In this document: in pieces, positions 13,012 to 26,707 of the stretch
How the letters are laid out: the number at the start of each line of letters is the position of its first letter
Position numbering within the stretch: position 1 is the stretch's first letter
Source: Octopus bimaculoides
Lineage: Eukaryota
DNA: 53,478 bases
NCBI RefSeq assembly: GCF_001194135.2
Contig: NC_068984.1
Location: 76,290,417 to 76,343,894, forward strand
Reading direction: 5' to 3'
Position numbers and translations under genes: made by a program
Notes under the pieces: generated by a model
Told to the model about the DNA's origin: nothing
Seen by the model: only the letters and a program-made list of their open reading frames with translations
Databases searched by the model: none

Positions 13012-15414
13012 AAAGTTGGGTGTGGTTACCGAGGCACATTTATGCATTACAAACAAAACAAACCATTGGTGCAAATTACCCAGTCAAGGAAGAAAAAGAA
13101 ATAGAAAAATGTGATCCTGTAACCACACCCGACTCGATATATGTATAAGTTCTAGATAATTCAAGTTCTTTCAACAAATTACTTTTATATGTAATTTTGT
13201 GAGTCCAAGTTGACATATGTCATTCCAAAAGCACTTGGAGAGTAATCAATAGTTGCATATTATTGTATAATATGGCAAGATTGATGAGATCGAATTCAAA
13301 TGAAGCAATTGTAAATCTTCATATTAAAAAGACTTGCTCACTCCATTCCACTACTTTGTAATTATGAAATACTCTATAAATATTTATAGATTTCAGACAT
13401 TTGTTTGACACAACATACAATCTCCAGATTACTGTCTTGTCTGATAGCCAATACCCATTGATGTGCTTAATATGCTAAACTCCAGGGATGTACCTCTACT
13501 TTGAAAAGGTACAGCCCTGTCAAGTATTGATTTTGTGTCAGTGTGGATGCCACTAAATGCACTCATGATACAAAATGTGTGTGTTAAATTGCATGACAGA
13601 TTAAATCTACCACTCAACTTGACCATGGCAGAATTTGAACTCAGAATGCAAAGAGCCAAAAGAAGTATCACAAGGTATCTTGTCATTTTTACAGTTCCAT
13701 CAAACCACTGTCCTGAAAGGTAATTTTTTTTATCACCTTTCCTCTCAAGAAAAATGATGAAATGCAAAGTTGGCAGGACAAGATTTGAACTCAGAGTGTA
13801 GAGAATCAAAATAATATCTCTAGGCATTTTGTCTAATGGTCTACCAATTTGCCAGTTGTACTAAAGTGTTGATGTTTAAATCAAAAACTCCTTCAAAATC
13901 TTGTTACATTTTCAATGGTATCATGAGATTTCTGTTGGTAAATATATCTATATATAAATAAGCCAACAAGGGAGCTTTTGACCCACTAGAAATAGCGACC
14001 AAATTTTCCTCAATTCACATCCTAGCAAAAATAATGATTTATTTTTTCTAGCTTATCTTCACATTTTGATAATGACGGTATCTATGGATTATCATCATCT
14101 TATTAGTTAATAGTTACATTTAAATAATTTAAGTAATATGTTTGATAATGGAAATATTACATTCTGGCCCTCCATACTGAAAGTTGTGCTAAACATTTAA
14201 TATATTATTGCTACCATAAACTATAACATTATTATAGTGATCTTACTTCTTCACTGCACATCAGTTAACTTGGACAATAGATACAACTAACTTACTTCTG
14301 GTCATGCCATCCCAAATAAGATAACACACTTAACTGTGAAAATATGGGTTAGTGCTTGAGTTCTTATGTATGATGTACACTCCACTCTTAATATTTAGGT
14401 TTAAAAATCTAGAAAAAATGCATTGATAAATGTAAATGCATAAAGAGCTTATACTGACCAACACCAAGCACTTCAGCAACTGAAAAATAGTGTTCCACAA
14501 GAAAGTGGAGTATTGGAACCAGATATATTATATTATGTAGTGGAACACTAGAAAGTAAATCCCTTCAAAGTAATTTCCAAGATTCAAAGTAACTATATTT
14601 AAAGGGAGAATATCTTTACCCTTTTATGTTAAAAAAAAGTTCTTTAAGTTTTAAAAAAGAAAAATTTCAAAAATAAACCATTCTGTATTATCAGGATAAA
14701 AGTTGCAGTTGAAGATTGGTCTTTGTCACAATGCTATTTATTCACAACGGTCATTAAGTTAGTATCATGTTTAGTCCAAGGAACATTACACATTTAATTA
14801 TAAGTAATTTATGTGGTGAAGGAAAGACAGTTTTAGCTCATTAACAATTATCATTTTAATCATTCTGCCAATTTTACCACTCTGAGCATGTTTCAGTCTT
14901 ATTAGAACTCCTCAGCAAAACATCAATTTCATTGTTCTTGCTGAAATAGAACTGGGAGATTTGAGAAACAGATGTTCAATATTGTACACCAAACACACTC
15001 CCTTTTTAAATCCTCTGAGTTTAATTTTATACCTATCCCTCCACAGTAACACAATTCTCATCATTACTTCATCAAGTTCGCTGAAGTTGATTCTATACTT
15101 AAGAGGTCTAGCAAGACCAAAACATGTCTAGAATTATTTCCCGTTCTTGTTGAAATAATTAAAGTAATATTAATCATTGAATTCATATTAAGTTTTCCTC
15201 ACAGTATAACTATTTCTAATTAGATTTTTTTTTGTTACTCATTGTGTTAAATATGTAACACTAAGTTAACTGTTGCTTTTAATGCAGATGGCATCTCTGA
15301 ATAATTAGTCACATGGTGCAGTTTTGATTACTTGCAATAAAATTACTTTTGAAAAGTATTTTATTTTTCTAATTTCCTTAGGACTTGTGTCATAGCATCC
15401 CATTTTGTACATTG

Positions 15415-15816
15415 TTTACTCTTTACTTGTTTCAGTCTTTTGACTGTGGCCATGCTGGAGCACTGCCTTTAGTCGAGCAAATCGACCCCAGGACTTATTC
15501 TTTGGAAGTATAGTACTTATTCTATCGGTCTCTTTTGCCGAACCGCTAAGTGACGGGGACATAAACACACCAGCATCGGTTGTCAAGCGATGTTGGGGGG
15601 ACAAACACAGACATACAAACACATACACACATACATATATATATACATATATACGACAGGCTTCTTTCAGTTTCCATCTACCAAATGCACTCACAAGGCT
15701 TTGGTCGGCCCGAGGCTATAGTAGAAGACACTTGCCCAAGATGCCACGCAGTGGGACTGAACCCAGGACCATGTGGTTGGTAAGCAAGCTACTTACCACA
15801 CAGCCACTCCTACGCC
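15415..15816 (-). mobile_element. Young, full-length tRNA-type composite SINE (family A)
   Basis: Head ggcgtaggagtggctgtgtggtaag...gggttcagtcccactgcgtggca (A/B-box-like), central (TA/TG) microsatellite, tail ...ctccagcatggccacagtcaaaagactgaaacaagtaaag. Dozens of decayed copies on both strands across the window. Confidence 0.85.
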
Positions 15817-18094
15817 TATATTTTTTCTGATTTCACTTCATCTATAAATACTTAACACAGTGGAACCTGTATATGATTGCTTGATCTGAATGAAATAGTA
15901 ACCAAAACTTCTTGAAATAATGAAAACATATTTTTAACTTTATCAATGAAGTAATATGTTATAAAACCAGATATCATCATATAAAACAAATCAGATACAG
16001 AGCAAGGTTAACAAGCAAAGTATATGCTGGTTTTGAACATTCTTTTAAACTATATTGTATCATGAAGAGTCATATGAAAATAGAATCTTTTAAAATTTCT
16101 TCCCATTGTCAGAATTTTTTCAAATTTCCTACACTGGAGTAGTTATACATGATGATGGAATTCACATTCATTTTCACTAGAAATCAATTAAAAAAAAAGT
16201 TATAGGCTTTTAAAGTTATGTAATTTTAACTAGTCAGAAGTCTCCATTGCTGATATAGTGGAAGTCTCAATTATCTGTTTCCATGGGAACAGCATGAAAA
16301 CTATCACTCTTCCTTTTAGGACAGCCATATTCTTTTAAACTATAGATTCTGTCATGAAGAGTCGTATGAAAATATTCAAAGACTTTATGGCATGATCTAT
16401 TCCAATGAAAAATTATCAGTCTTTGAAGAATGATTTGATAAAAAACGACACTAAGGCTGGAGGTGCTGTTTATTTTCTAGGATCTACCAACCAGTTCATG
16501 GAGGTTAGGAAAAGATTCAACAAAAGAAAGACTCAACTGTTCTTTAGTTATGCTTTTGTTTCTTAACTTACATAAGTCATATTATATATACTTTTCTTGG
16601 TTTGTCCTGACTTGCCAGCTTTAAATTAAATAGACATATAACACATTAAGCAGGCACTGACATAGCTGTGTGATCAGAAAGCTTGGTTTTCAACCACATA
16701 GTTTCAGGTTCAGTCCTACTGCATGGCAGTAACCCTTCTACTGTAACCCTGTGGTTGATGTTGGGAAAGGCATCCAGCAGTAGAAACCATGCCAAAGCAG
16801 ACACATAGAACGTTGTCAAACTGTTCAACCTATGTCAGCATGGAAAAAGGACATTAAATGATGATGATGATGGGTGGGTGAGTAACTGTGTGTGTATCTT
16901 TGTGTTTGTACCCCACCACCACTTGATATCTGGTGTTGGTTTGTTTGCATTCCCATAGCTTGATGGTTCAGCAAAGTGTCTGATAAAATAAGTGTCAGAC
17001 TTAACAACAACAAAAGTAAGTTGTGGGGTTGATTTGTTCAACTTAAACTCTTCAAGATGGTGCCCCAGTATGGTTGCAATTTGTTGACTAAGATAGAAGA
17101 TCATGAAGATAGTTTCAAAAATAAATTTGGACTTGGATTATTTGTTAAATTGGTGTTGCTGCTACTACTACTACTGCTACTACTGCAGGTGTTATCTTAT
17201 TCCTCAAATTACATCCACTCAGAACAAGTGACCTCCATTGACCAGAGATATAAAAGCCATTGAACACTCCAGTAAGCAGGTCAGGTCATTGCTGTTAGAA
17301 ATGTAAATTATAGTTGACCTTCAGCCTGAAGGGACAAATTTGGGATTTTCTCTCTTTATATCATTGTTGCCATTCATTTTTCTTGTTTCATTTTGTTTTT
17401 GTTCTTTTCTTTATAAGTAGTACAAAAGTTACTGTTAACTTACTGTGTGTGTGTGTTATTTGGAAGAAGAAGTAACATTGACTGTAGTGAACTGGAGTAA
17501 GGAGGATGGAGAAAGAATGAGAGTATGTATATCTGTATGTGTATAAAAAATGTGGAAGCAAGTGTTTATATATGCTTCTGTATGAAAGAAGAAAGGGAAC
17601 TACATAAGGGGCTGAATGTTTGTGCATAAAAGAAAGAAACTGTAGGAGAAAGTGAGAAAAATAAAGTACTAGAGTGTATGTGTGTATTGAAAAGAGGATA
17701 TATTTTTAAATCATTTCTATTGTATGCACAAGGGCTGAAGCTTCGTTGGTGACTTATGTTAAGGACTCCAAAAAGCAAAGTCGACTTTTAAAATGAAAAT
17801 AAACTAAGGCTTTTCTTTTTATAATTGGAAGGGGTTTGTACCTAGTCAAAGGTTATTTTCAAAATCATCTTTATGATCTGTTTAGAGTTTGATAATGATC
17901 CTGTAATTATTTTATAGAAATGTTACATATAGATGCAGGCATGGCTGTGTGGTAAGAAGTTTGCTTCCCAAGTACAGAGTTCTGGGTTCAGTCCCATGTT
18001 TGACATCTTGAGCAAATGTCTTCTACTATAGTCCTAGGCTAACCAAAACCTTGTAAGTGGATTCTGTTGACAGAAACTGAATGAAGACCGACCC

Positions 18095-18142
<48 letters not shown>

Positions 18143-18948
18143 GTATATATATATCTATATGTTTATGTTTACCCACTGCACCTCACCACTTGACAATTGA
18201 TTTGTTCGTTTATGTCCCTGTAACCTAGAGGTTCAGCAAAAGAGATAGATAAGTACCAGGTTTTAAAAAATTAGGTACTGGGGTCAATTCATTTAACTAA
18301 AAAAAAACCTTCAGAGTGGTGCCCCTGCATGGCTGCAGTACAATGGCGGAAACAAGTAAAAGATTAAAAAAAAATTGAAGGAGTCTTTTTCAGGCATTAA
18401 GATGTTATTGCAGATTGAGTGATTACATAGAGGCTCACTTGTTGGCTCATAGTGTAAGTGCTCTTGTATGAAATTAAATCAGACAGAACCAATAAATGGA
18501 ATGATGTGTGTCAATGATATAACTTGCAAGAAATTTAGCTGTCACAGGCTCTCAGAGAGACTATTGACACCAATGTTCCTTTTGAACAGTTGCAATTTGA
18601 GCCTCAGTAAAAACATAGACAAGGTTGAAATCCAGAGAATCAGCATTCTTAGTAGGAAGAACTTAGGGTTAGTGCAGGGCTACTAGTGGTGGACACTATA
18701 TGGGTGGTGGGAGGAGGAGAGAGGAGTGGATTTTTGCGAATACCTGAAGAAAATGGCAGGAGAATAGCCAGTTCTGAGAAGCAGTGTCCACCATAACTGC
18801 TATGATAGCAGCTACAGTGGGTGGATGTATATTTAGAACATACACTCAAATTATGTTTTGAAAATGTTTGATTTGATTATAATTTGCCACTCATGTTACT
18901 TAGTCCTCTTTGTACAGTATTTCTGATGATTTCTCTTTGCTTTTGCAG

Positions 18949-19066
18949 GTTGTCTTGGTTAAATGTTGCTCTCATCCTTATTGCCAACTTCTTTATATTA
19001 TTGATTGGTGGCTGGATTATATTACAGTTCTCTGCATTTCGCTGTGAAGAATTTGAACTATGTTTG
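18949..19066 (+). CDS. Internal coding exon of a multi-pass membrane protein, NEF1 (No Exine Formation 1)-like
   Basis: Strong acceptor (atttctctttgcttttgcag) and donor TTG|gtaagt; 118 nt, phase 2 to 0. Only one open frame: (x)LSWLNVALILIANFFILLIGGWIILQFSAFRCEEFELCL, a TM helix. LIGxWxxLQF matches recalled plant NEF1 FLIGCWTSLQF (from memory, not searched). Confidence 0.85.
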
Positions 19067-20904
19067 GTAAGTTGCTCTTTCTCTTTAAGTTCCCTCTTGA
19101 CATCAATGAATCTTAACTCTTTTGTGACTATATTTCTGTTGAAATACATTGTCTTCATTTCAGTTAATTTTGAAAATAATGAAAACTTCTGTAAAATAAT
19201 TTTGACATTATCAAGCTGGTGCTTGAAACAAATTTAAATGAAAATTTGATGGAAGGTTTTAATTTATGTGTCATAGAACCAAAGGCAATGTCAACTAGTT
19301 TGGTATAGAGAGTTCTATTCATGATCGAAATTACTTTTGCAGGTAAGCCCTTCATGAGGCAGCTTCTGGTTTGCCAGCTCCTATCAAACTGTCCTACTTG
19401 TGCCAGCATGGAAAATGGACATTAAACGATGATGGTGGTGGCAGTGGCAGCAGCAGTGGTGGTGAAGAAGAAACATCTGTCAAATCACAAAATAGTTCTT
19501 CCACACTTCAAATCTGCTAGGAATGACTATTTTAGACAACCTCTCCTGAAAGAGGGCTTATAATCATGTTTTGACCTGTAAAAAAATAGCAGTCAAATCT
19601 TCATCAAATTACATCCTGCCATCTTAACAGAATAGATTTAACTCTTCTACACATTATCTCAGTAAAATTTCTGAAAACAAGCCTGACTGTGTGGTAAGAA
19701 TTTTGCTTCTCAACCACTTGGTTCTGGATTCAGTCTCACTACATGACATCTTGAGTAAGTGTCATCTGTCATAGTCCTGTACCACCCTAAACCTTACAAG
19801 TGGATCTGGTAGACAGAAATTGAAAGAAACCTATCAACTGTTTTAAATGATAGCTGTAACTCCTACTAAATGTGTTGAGAGCCCTTTTCCTTCATTTGTC
19901 CATTCACTCATGTGTGTGTGTGTGTTACAGTTTCCTTACTGTGACATCACATGATAGATAGTTGTAAATGAATGTTATCATCATGCAAGAAGAGTCTGTC
20001 ATTCATCTTCCATGAAAATATGTCTCATCATGAGAGAGATATTACCTTACTTGGAAATAACTAATGGTTGACAACAGGAAGGGCATCTAGCTACAGAAAA
20101 CCTTCATCAAAAAAGAAATTTCTGTCTGATTAATGCCAGCTTGGAAAAGCGGCTATTAAAATGGGGATGATGATCCAAGTAGATACTCTACACAATTACT
20201 TTAATCAAATCATACTGTCTTCAAATATGAGTGATGAGCTCCTGGATGTGCAAGAGTTGGAAAAGGGACTGTCAAAGTTGCAAATGAAATGCTTTTAATC
20301 TTGGGTCTGTATGCTTAGTCAGGGCTAAACTGAAGCTAAACAACAGCAGCTGCTGGAAATTTTACGCTCTCTTTATTTTTAAAATATCAAAAACATATTG
20401 CTTTGTCAGCAGTTGTAGACACTTTTAGATCATAAGGTAAAAAACATGTCTCCCATGTTTCTGGTACTAAGGAGTGTGTTGCTGGCTCATTTTTGTTGTT
20501 ATTTGTTTGGTTTTGTTGGAGGGGTGGCATCTATACTGTTGGCAGTCTGGTGAGATCAGTATGGTTGATGTTCAAGAGTAGAGTAACAACCACAGGAAAA
20601 ATAGATAGACAGAAAGGGTGTGAAGATAGACTTTCTGGAAAAGAAGGATTGTGTATAGGTTAGTGTGGGGCTTTGAAGGTAAGATAAGATAAAGATGACT
20701 GTGGGAAGCAAGAGATAAGTAAGTCTGGGAGGAGATAGTTTGAAACTGAAGGCATTGTAGTAAGGCAGAAAGTGGAGACAATACTTCTGTAGTCCAGAAG
20801 TAGTAGTAGTAGTGTTTCTGATGGTCATCTTCTGGAAGCTGACTTGGATGGTTGTGTACATGTGTAAGAGTAGTAGCACAGTCCTAGATACAAGGGTAAA
20901 TTTA

Positions 20905-21905
20905 TAGTTTCACACCAGACTCGATTTTGGTACTAAATAATTTTTTTCCCCACAGTTTTTTTGGATGCAATCATCTTAGTTAACTTTGTAAGCTGTTTGA
21001 AATGCATTCTTTCCACGGAAAACAGATGGGGTGGGGGTGAAGTGGAACCTCGGATATTCCCTTTTCCAACCCTGTCTCCTGCATTTTTTCATTGCAGTTG
21101 TCTTAATTGACCTCAAGTGTGGGAAATGCATTTTGTCCATAGAAAACAGAGACTGTGGGGGTGAGGCGGAACCTAGGGCATTTCTGTATATCTTCTATCT
21201 CCGGATTTGTGCTGGAATCGATCCTTTACTGGCAATCTGGGAGGGGTGTATATAATTTTGCTACCTCAATAAAAAATTGGTGCAGCAATTTTTTTTGTTT
21301 TCTGTAGCAGAGATAAATAAATACCTGGCCAGGTATTGGTGTAGACAGTTTAAATGAATACCCGGCCTTTTCATCTATTTCTTTAANNNNNNNNNNNNNN
21401 NNNNNNNNNNNNNNNNNNNNNNNNNNNNNNNNNNNNNNNNNNNNNNNNNNNNNNNNNNNNNNNNNNNNNNNNNNNNNNNNNNNNNNNNNNNNNNNNNNNN
21501 NNNNNNNNNNNNNNNNNNNNNNNNNNNNNNNNNNNNNNNNNNNNNNNNNNNNNNNNNNNNNNNNNNNNNNNNNNNNNNNNNNNNNNNNNNNNNNNACAAA
21601 GCGGCGTTTCCTAATCCGCTCAATTCCAGCAAACAACCAGACATAAACATTTTAATTAGAATATACAATCTGTAAATAGAATTAATAATTATATGTATGA
21701 GGTCAATTAAGATGATTGCAACCAAAAAAAACATGTGAGACAAGGTCGGGAAGGGGAATTTCTGAGGTTCCGCCCCACCCCCTCCATTTTCTGCGGAAAC
21801 AATGCATTTCCGACTGCTTACGAGATCAACTAAGATGATTGCACCCACAAAAATTGCGGGAAAAAAATATTATTTAGTACCGAAATCAAGTCTGATGTGA
21901 AACTA
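20905..21905. mobile_element. Non-autonomous hAT-like element with about 210 bp TIRs and internal subrepeats, spanning an N-gap
   Basis: Starts TAGTTTCAC and ends GTGAAACTA. 8 bp flanks TAAATTTA at 20897-20904 and 21906-21913. Arms 20905-21115 and 21695-21905 are inverted repeats. Confidence 0.7.
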
Positions 21906-23122
21906 TAAATTTATCAATGCAAGTGCAGTATTCAGCTTTTGTAATTTTAACATTGAAATTTACAAGTCATTTGTCTTTTGCTGTATCAATTATACTATCC
22001 ACAACTCTTTGTAATATATAATGATTGGTAATATAAAAGGAAAAGACCAGCCAGAATGTTTTCTGGAAGGTTGTGAGTAATTCTGCTGACCCTACCGCTT
22101 GACTGGGGCATATTTTATCCATTTCCAGCTTTTTGTGAAATTTGAACTGAGAAAGTAAAGACATCTGATGAAATTATATTCCCCTGCCAACATTCTACTT
22201 ATTTTCTCCTGTCTTTTACTTGTTTCAGTCATTGAACTGTGGCTATGCTGGGGCACTGCCTTTAGGGTTATAATCAGACAAATTGATCCCAGTACTTATT
22301 TTGTTTTAGGCATGGTACTTATTCTAATGGTCTCTTTTGCTGAATCACTAAGTTATGCAGGGATGTAAACAAACCAATATTGGTTGTCAAGCAATAGAAG
22401 GAACATACACACACACACACACAACAGGCTTTCACACAGTTTCCATTTACGAAATTCATTTATAAGGCATTAGTCAGTCCAGGGCTTTAGTAGAAAGCAC
22501 TTACCCTATGTACCATATGGTGGAACTGAACCCAAAACCATGTGACTGCAAAGTCAAAGTCAGCTTAATTAACCACACAGCTATACCTGCATCCAATTCT
22601 GCCATCTACAGTAATATTAATGATACAAGAAAAAATGTCAATAGAAATATGATCATAATGATTATATTAAAAATAACAAAACAATAAAACTACAATAACG
22701 AACTGAAGGTCATGAATAACAATATATCAACTCATGCGCCATCCTTGAAAAAACAAAAAAACGGAAGAAAAGAACAAGAATGGAAATGTCATTTGTAACA
22801 TTTTAATGGGGTAGTATCATATCTGGTCTATATAATCAATAGCCAATCTTTATGGGTCTTCACAGAACCCCTAATTTAATCCTGCAGGAATCTACATCAC
22901 ATGCAAACTTAGAATGGTATTATTTCCAAAAGTTCAACATAATATTGGAAATGTCAACACAATACCTTTCAGGAATTCCAAATGGACCTCATAGGCTCAG
23001 AGTTTGCATGTATTTTTATGATTTTTATTTGTAAAGCTGTAGAGTGTTTTAAAGCTAGGAAACAAATAATGGGTTGGTTGTAATAGAGTAATATATATAC
23101 ATGTTTATGTGTGTTATTGTTA

Positions 23123-23177
<55 letters not shown>

Positions 23178-23922
23178 CATTATTATTATCATTATTATCA
23201 TTATCATTTTATAATTATTATTAATCAGCAGAAGTTACAAAATGACTCAAAGGAGTTTTGCTCATGACACATATTCTACTAGACCTGTATGTATGTATGT
23301 ATGTATGTATGTGTGTGTGTGTGTGTGTGTGCATGCATGCATGTATATAGAGAGAGAGATACATACATACATACATACATACATACATACATACACACAC
23401 ACACGCATATTCCAGCATGGAAAACAGATGTTAAATGAAAACGATGATGATGGTGTATGTGTGTGTGTGTGTGTAAAATTATAGTATGTTTATGTGCTTG
23501 TACCTCTGCACATGTGTGTGTTTGCATTGCTGCTTGAAATGTGAGTTATATAGGCCTGTATCAATGGCATCACAAGAAGAGAACATTTAGGTGGTTGCTT
23601 AACCAGATATAAGATAAAATAGCAGGCAAATCTCCCTCAGAATCACATCCTACATCCTTAAAAAAAAACCTAAGGGCACATTAATGTAGTTTTAGATACA
23701 CTATATTTGGAAAACAAAATGGGATGTTCACAGCTGTTTTGCCTTTGATCATAAATCTGCTTAATCAGTGTTAATCTCCAAGTTGAAGAACAACCACAAA
23801 AGCATATAATGATTATTCAAGGAAGTACTATTCAAGAATACATCTCTTATTTCCTTTATCTTTTACTTGTCTCAGTCATTAGACTATGGCCATGCTGGGG
23901 TACTACCTTGAAGGGTTTATTC

Positions 23923-24124
23923 TAGAGGTTCTCAAATGGGGTCCGTATGATCCTTGTGGGTCCATATAAGAACTTGTTAAAATTGATGTGCAGTAAATTG
24001 CTTATACTTCTACAAAACAAAATGTTTTAATAACTTTTTTTTTATGCAATGGCCGTGAAGGTTCACCCAAATAAAATAGGAATCAAAGGGGTCCATAGGT
24101 AAAAAAAATGGTTGAGAACCTCTG
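23923..24124. mobile_element. hAT/Charlie-like MITE
   Basis: Terminal inverted repeats tagaggttctcaa / ttgagaacctctg, about 200 bp, interrupting a SINE tail. An 8 bp TSD is not cleanly preserved. Confidence 0.6.
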
Positions 24125-24282
24125 ATTCAGTCAGACAAATTGACCCCAGTACATTTTTTAATGTCTGGTACTTGATCTTTTGGTCTCTTTTGATGAATCA
24201 CTAAGTTTATGGGAACATAAGCAAACTGTTTGTAAAGCAGTTTTGGAGAACAGGCACAAAGGCACATATTGGCTTCCATATT

Positions 24283-25558
24283 TTGGGTCATCCCATAAAT
24301 AATGCAGTTGTTTTTATACTTGTTTTATATTTCAAAATTAAGATAAACAAAGTTCTTTTTTAATCTAAAATATACTTCCCTTCATTTTCTACAATGCTCT
24401 TCCATCTATCTGGTAGACTTTAAAGGCATCCCACTTCCAAAAATTCATGTGTCCATGACAAAAATACTCCTCCAGAATACTCGACTACAGAATTCGTATT
24501 TTTTGATCCAAATGATTTTGAAAACTGCGAAATAAATGATAATTAGATGAGGCAATGTCTGGTGAATATGGTGGGTGAGGCATCATTTTCCATTCAAACT
24601 GCTCCAGTCTTTGGGATGGCACCCTAGCTGTATGTGGCCAAGCATTATCCTGATGAAAGAACACATTTCGGCTTGAAATTAAAGATGGTTGTCTTTATTC
24701 TAGCGCTGAGTTAAGCCATTCCAGCTCCTCACAGTAGATCTCCTTTCTTATTGTTTGGTTTGGGCTTAAAAGTTCAAAGTGGTCTAAACCTTTCATATCC
24801 CACCAAACTGATAACAACACCTTGCATGGGTGAAGACTTTCTTTAGCCTGGAGAGCTGGTGTTTCTCCTTTTCCTGCCCTCTGTCTTTGGCACTTGACAT
24901 TTTTAAAGAGAACCCATTTCTCGTCATTATTCAGTCCAAAAAAAGGTTCATTCATGCGACATGACAGCAAAAGAGAGCACACATTCACTCTCTGCACATG
25001 ATTAGACTCGGAAAGTTTGCGAGGAACACATTGACTCAATTTGCTGACTCTTCTGATGGCAGGCAGGTGTCGATGAATGATTGAATGACCAAATCCAAGC
25101 TTCTCTGCTAGTTCTTCAATAGTTACAATAGGATTTTGTTCCACCAGGGTTTGCAGGATGTCCTTGTCGAGCGCTACAGATCTTCCAGTACAACGCTTGT
25201 CTTCTGGGCTGTAGTTTCCAGCTCAGAATTTCTGGAACTACTGTTGACACTAGCTTATGCTTATTGTCTGATCTTCATATACTGCATTAATATTCCTCAC
25301 ACTTTCCATTGCATCATTGCCTTTATTGAACTCATAAAGCAAAAAATGCCAAATATGCCCCTTTGTCACTTCCATTATAGCTTTGAAAAATTAACTGTTA
25401 CAATCGAACTGCACTCTTCAAAACTTGCACAAAGAATAAGGTAAGCTAAAATTACTATCTGTTTTTATAGCAAATTGATGCAGATAGTTTATCTCATCCC
25501 CACTCTGACTTTTAATTCATGCAATTGAAAAAACTGCATTACTTATGGGATGACCCAA
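24283..25558 (-). mobile_element. Near full-length inactivated mariner (DD34D) transposon, about 1.28 kb
   Basis: TIRs ttgggtcatcccataa(a/g)taatgcagtt at both ends, TA at 25559-25560. Transposase remnants on minus strand from ATG at 25375: MEVTKGHI..LYEF, VPRKL (WVP motif decayed), NDEKW, LHPCKVLLSVWWD, DNAWPH, PPYSPDIASSNY. Several stops; third catalytic Asp appears as Asn. Inserted within a SINE. Confidence 0.93.
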
Positions 25559-25830
25559 TACAAAGGGCTTCCAAACAGTTCTCATCTACCAAATTCAAAA
25601 GCAAGGTCCTTAACAACACAGCCATACCTGTGCCTATTAATAATAAATTCTGTATATTTGAGGTTTACAAAAAATGTTTTAAAATAGGGAAGCCAACATC
25701 ACTTTGAGTATCAAATATAATTACTCTGAAATGTTTGAGCCAGTATGGTAGGTAGCCTCTATGTGATTGCTTGACCAACCAGCATTGCCAATATAAATGT
25801 TCGTTGGTTGATTTCTATAGTCATGCTGTA

Positions 25831-25872
<42 letters not shown>

Positions 25873-26520
25873 TGATGGATGCAGAGAGAAAGAAAGAAGT
25901 GCAAGACGAGAGCACATACTAGGCTTGGTAGTAGGCAGTGAGTAATGGATCCCCCTCACACATACACACAGAGTAAGAGAGACAGAATCATAGAAACAGA
26001 AGAGGAGGAGAGGGAGTAAATGATTGAGTAGTAATGAGAGAAGTTCAATTTTACCAGTACATTTTTGATGGAGTAGATTGTGACTATGTTAATGAAATTT
26101 TAAAGAATTAAACAAATGTTTATTGCAAATATACAAATGAGAAATTTGTTTTATTTTAAGGTAATAAATATTTTTCTTTTGAAAATTAGTATTCATTTCA
26201 TCATTTTGCATAAGCACCAAGAGATTGAAAAGATATGATTTAACAATCATAAATATTGTATGTATGCCAAAATTCCTGTGTTTATGTGTGTATGTCAGTT
26301 TTAAATGGTGGAATTTGAAGTAAATAAGGTCATAAATAATAGTGTGTACATACTGAGCTAAAAAAAAAACCTTTGGACTAAAAAAAGTTGAGGGTTGCCT
26401 GTAAACATGACAAACTTTCTACCATTGTACTAAAGCAATCCTTCAAATTTCTCTATCCATTTTAGAAGTTTTCTTATTAGTAAGAATTGTAGATCTGTTT
26501 ATGTGCATATAGATAATGTG

Positions 26521-26582
<62 letters not shown>

Positions 26583-26590
26583 GTAATCCC

Positions 26591-26707
26591 ACGAGGTCGA
26601 TTTTGCCTTTCATCTTTTCGGGGTCGATGTAATCGACTTAATCCCTTTATCTTTCCTTGTTTGTCCCCTCTATGTTTAGCCCCTTGTAGGCAATAAAGAA
26701 ATAAGAA
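26591..26707 (+). mobile_element. SINE family C 3' fragment
   Basis: gaggtcgattttgcctttcatcttttcggggtcgat...aataaagaaataagaaa. Related copies at ~46340-46500 (+) and ~13600-13870 (-). Confidence 0.65.

Noticed and set aside
12758-13148. Overlapping YI/HT/CV-repeat ORFs
   Set aside because: Microsatellite translations.
18877-19158. 93 aa minus-strand ORF that looks coiled-coil-like
   Set aside because: It is the antisense shadow of the hydrophobic + strand exon, which has strong splice signals and family similarity.
26058-26111. Phase-0 candidate terminal exon YIFDGVDCDYVNEILKN*
   Set aside because: Acceptor is modest, and NEF1 similarity continues in exon 29673, so this is not the main isoform.
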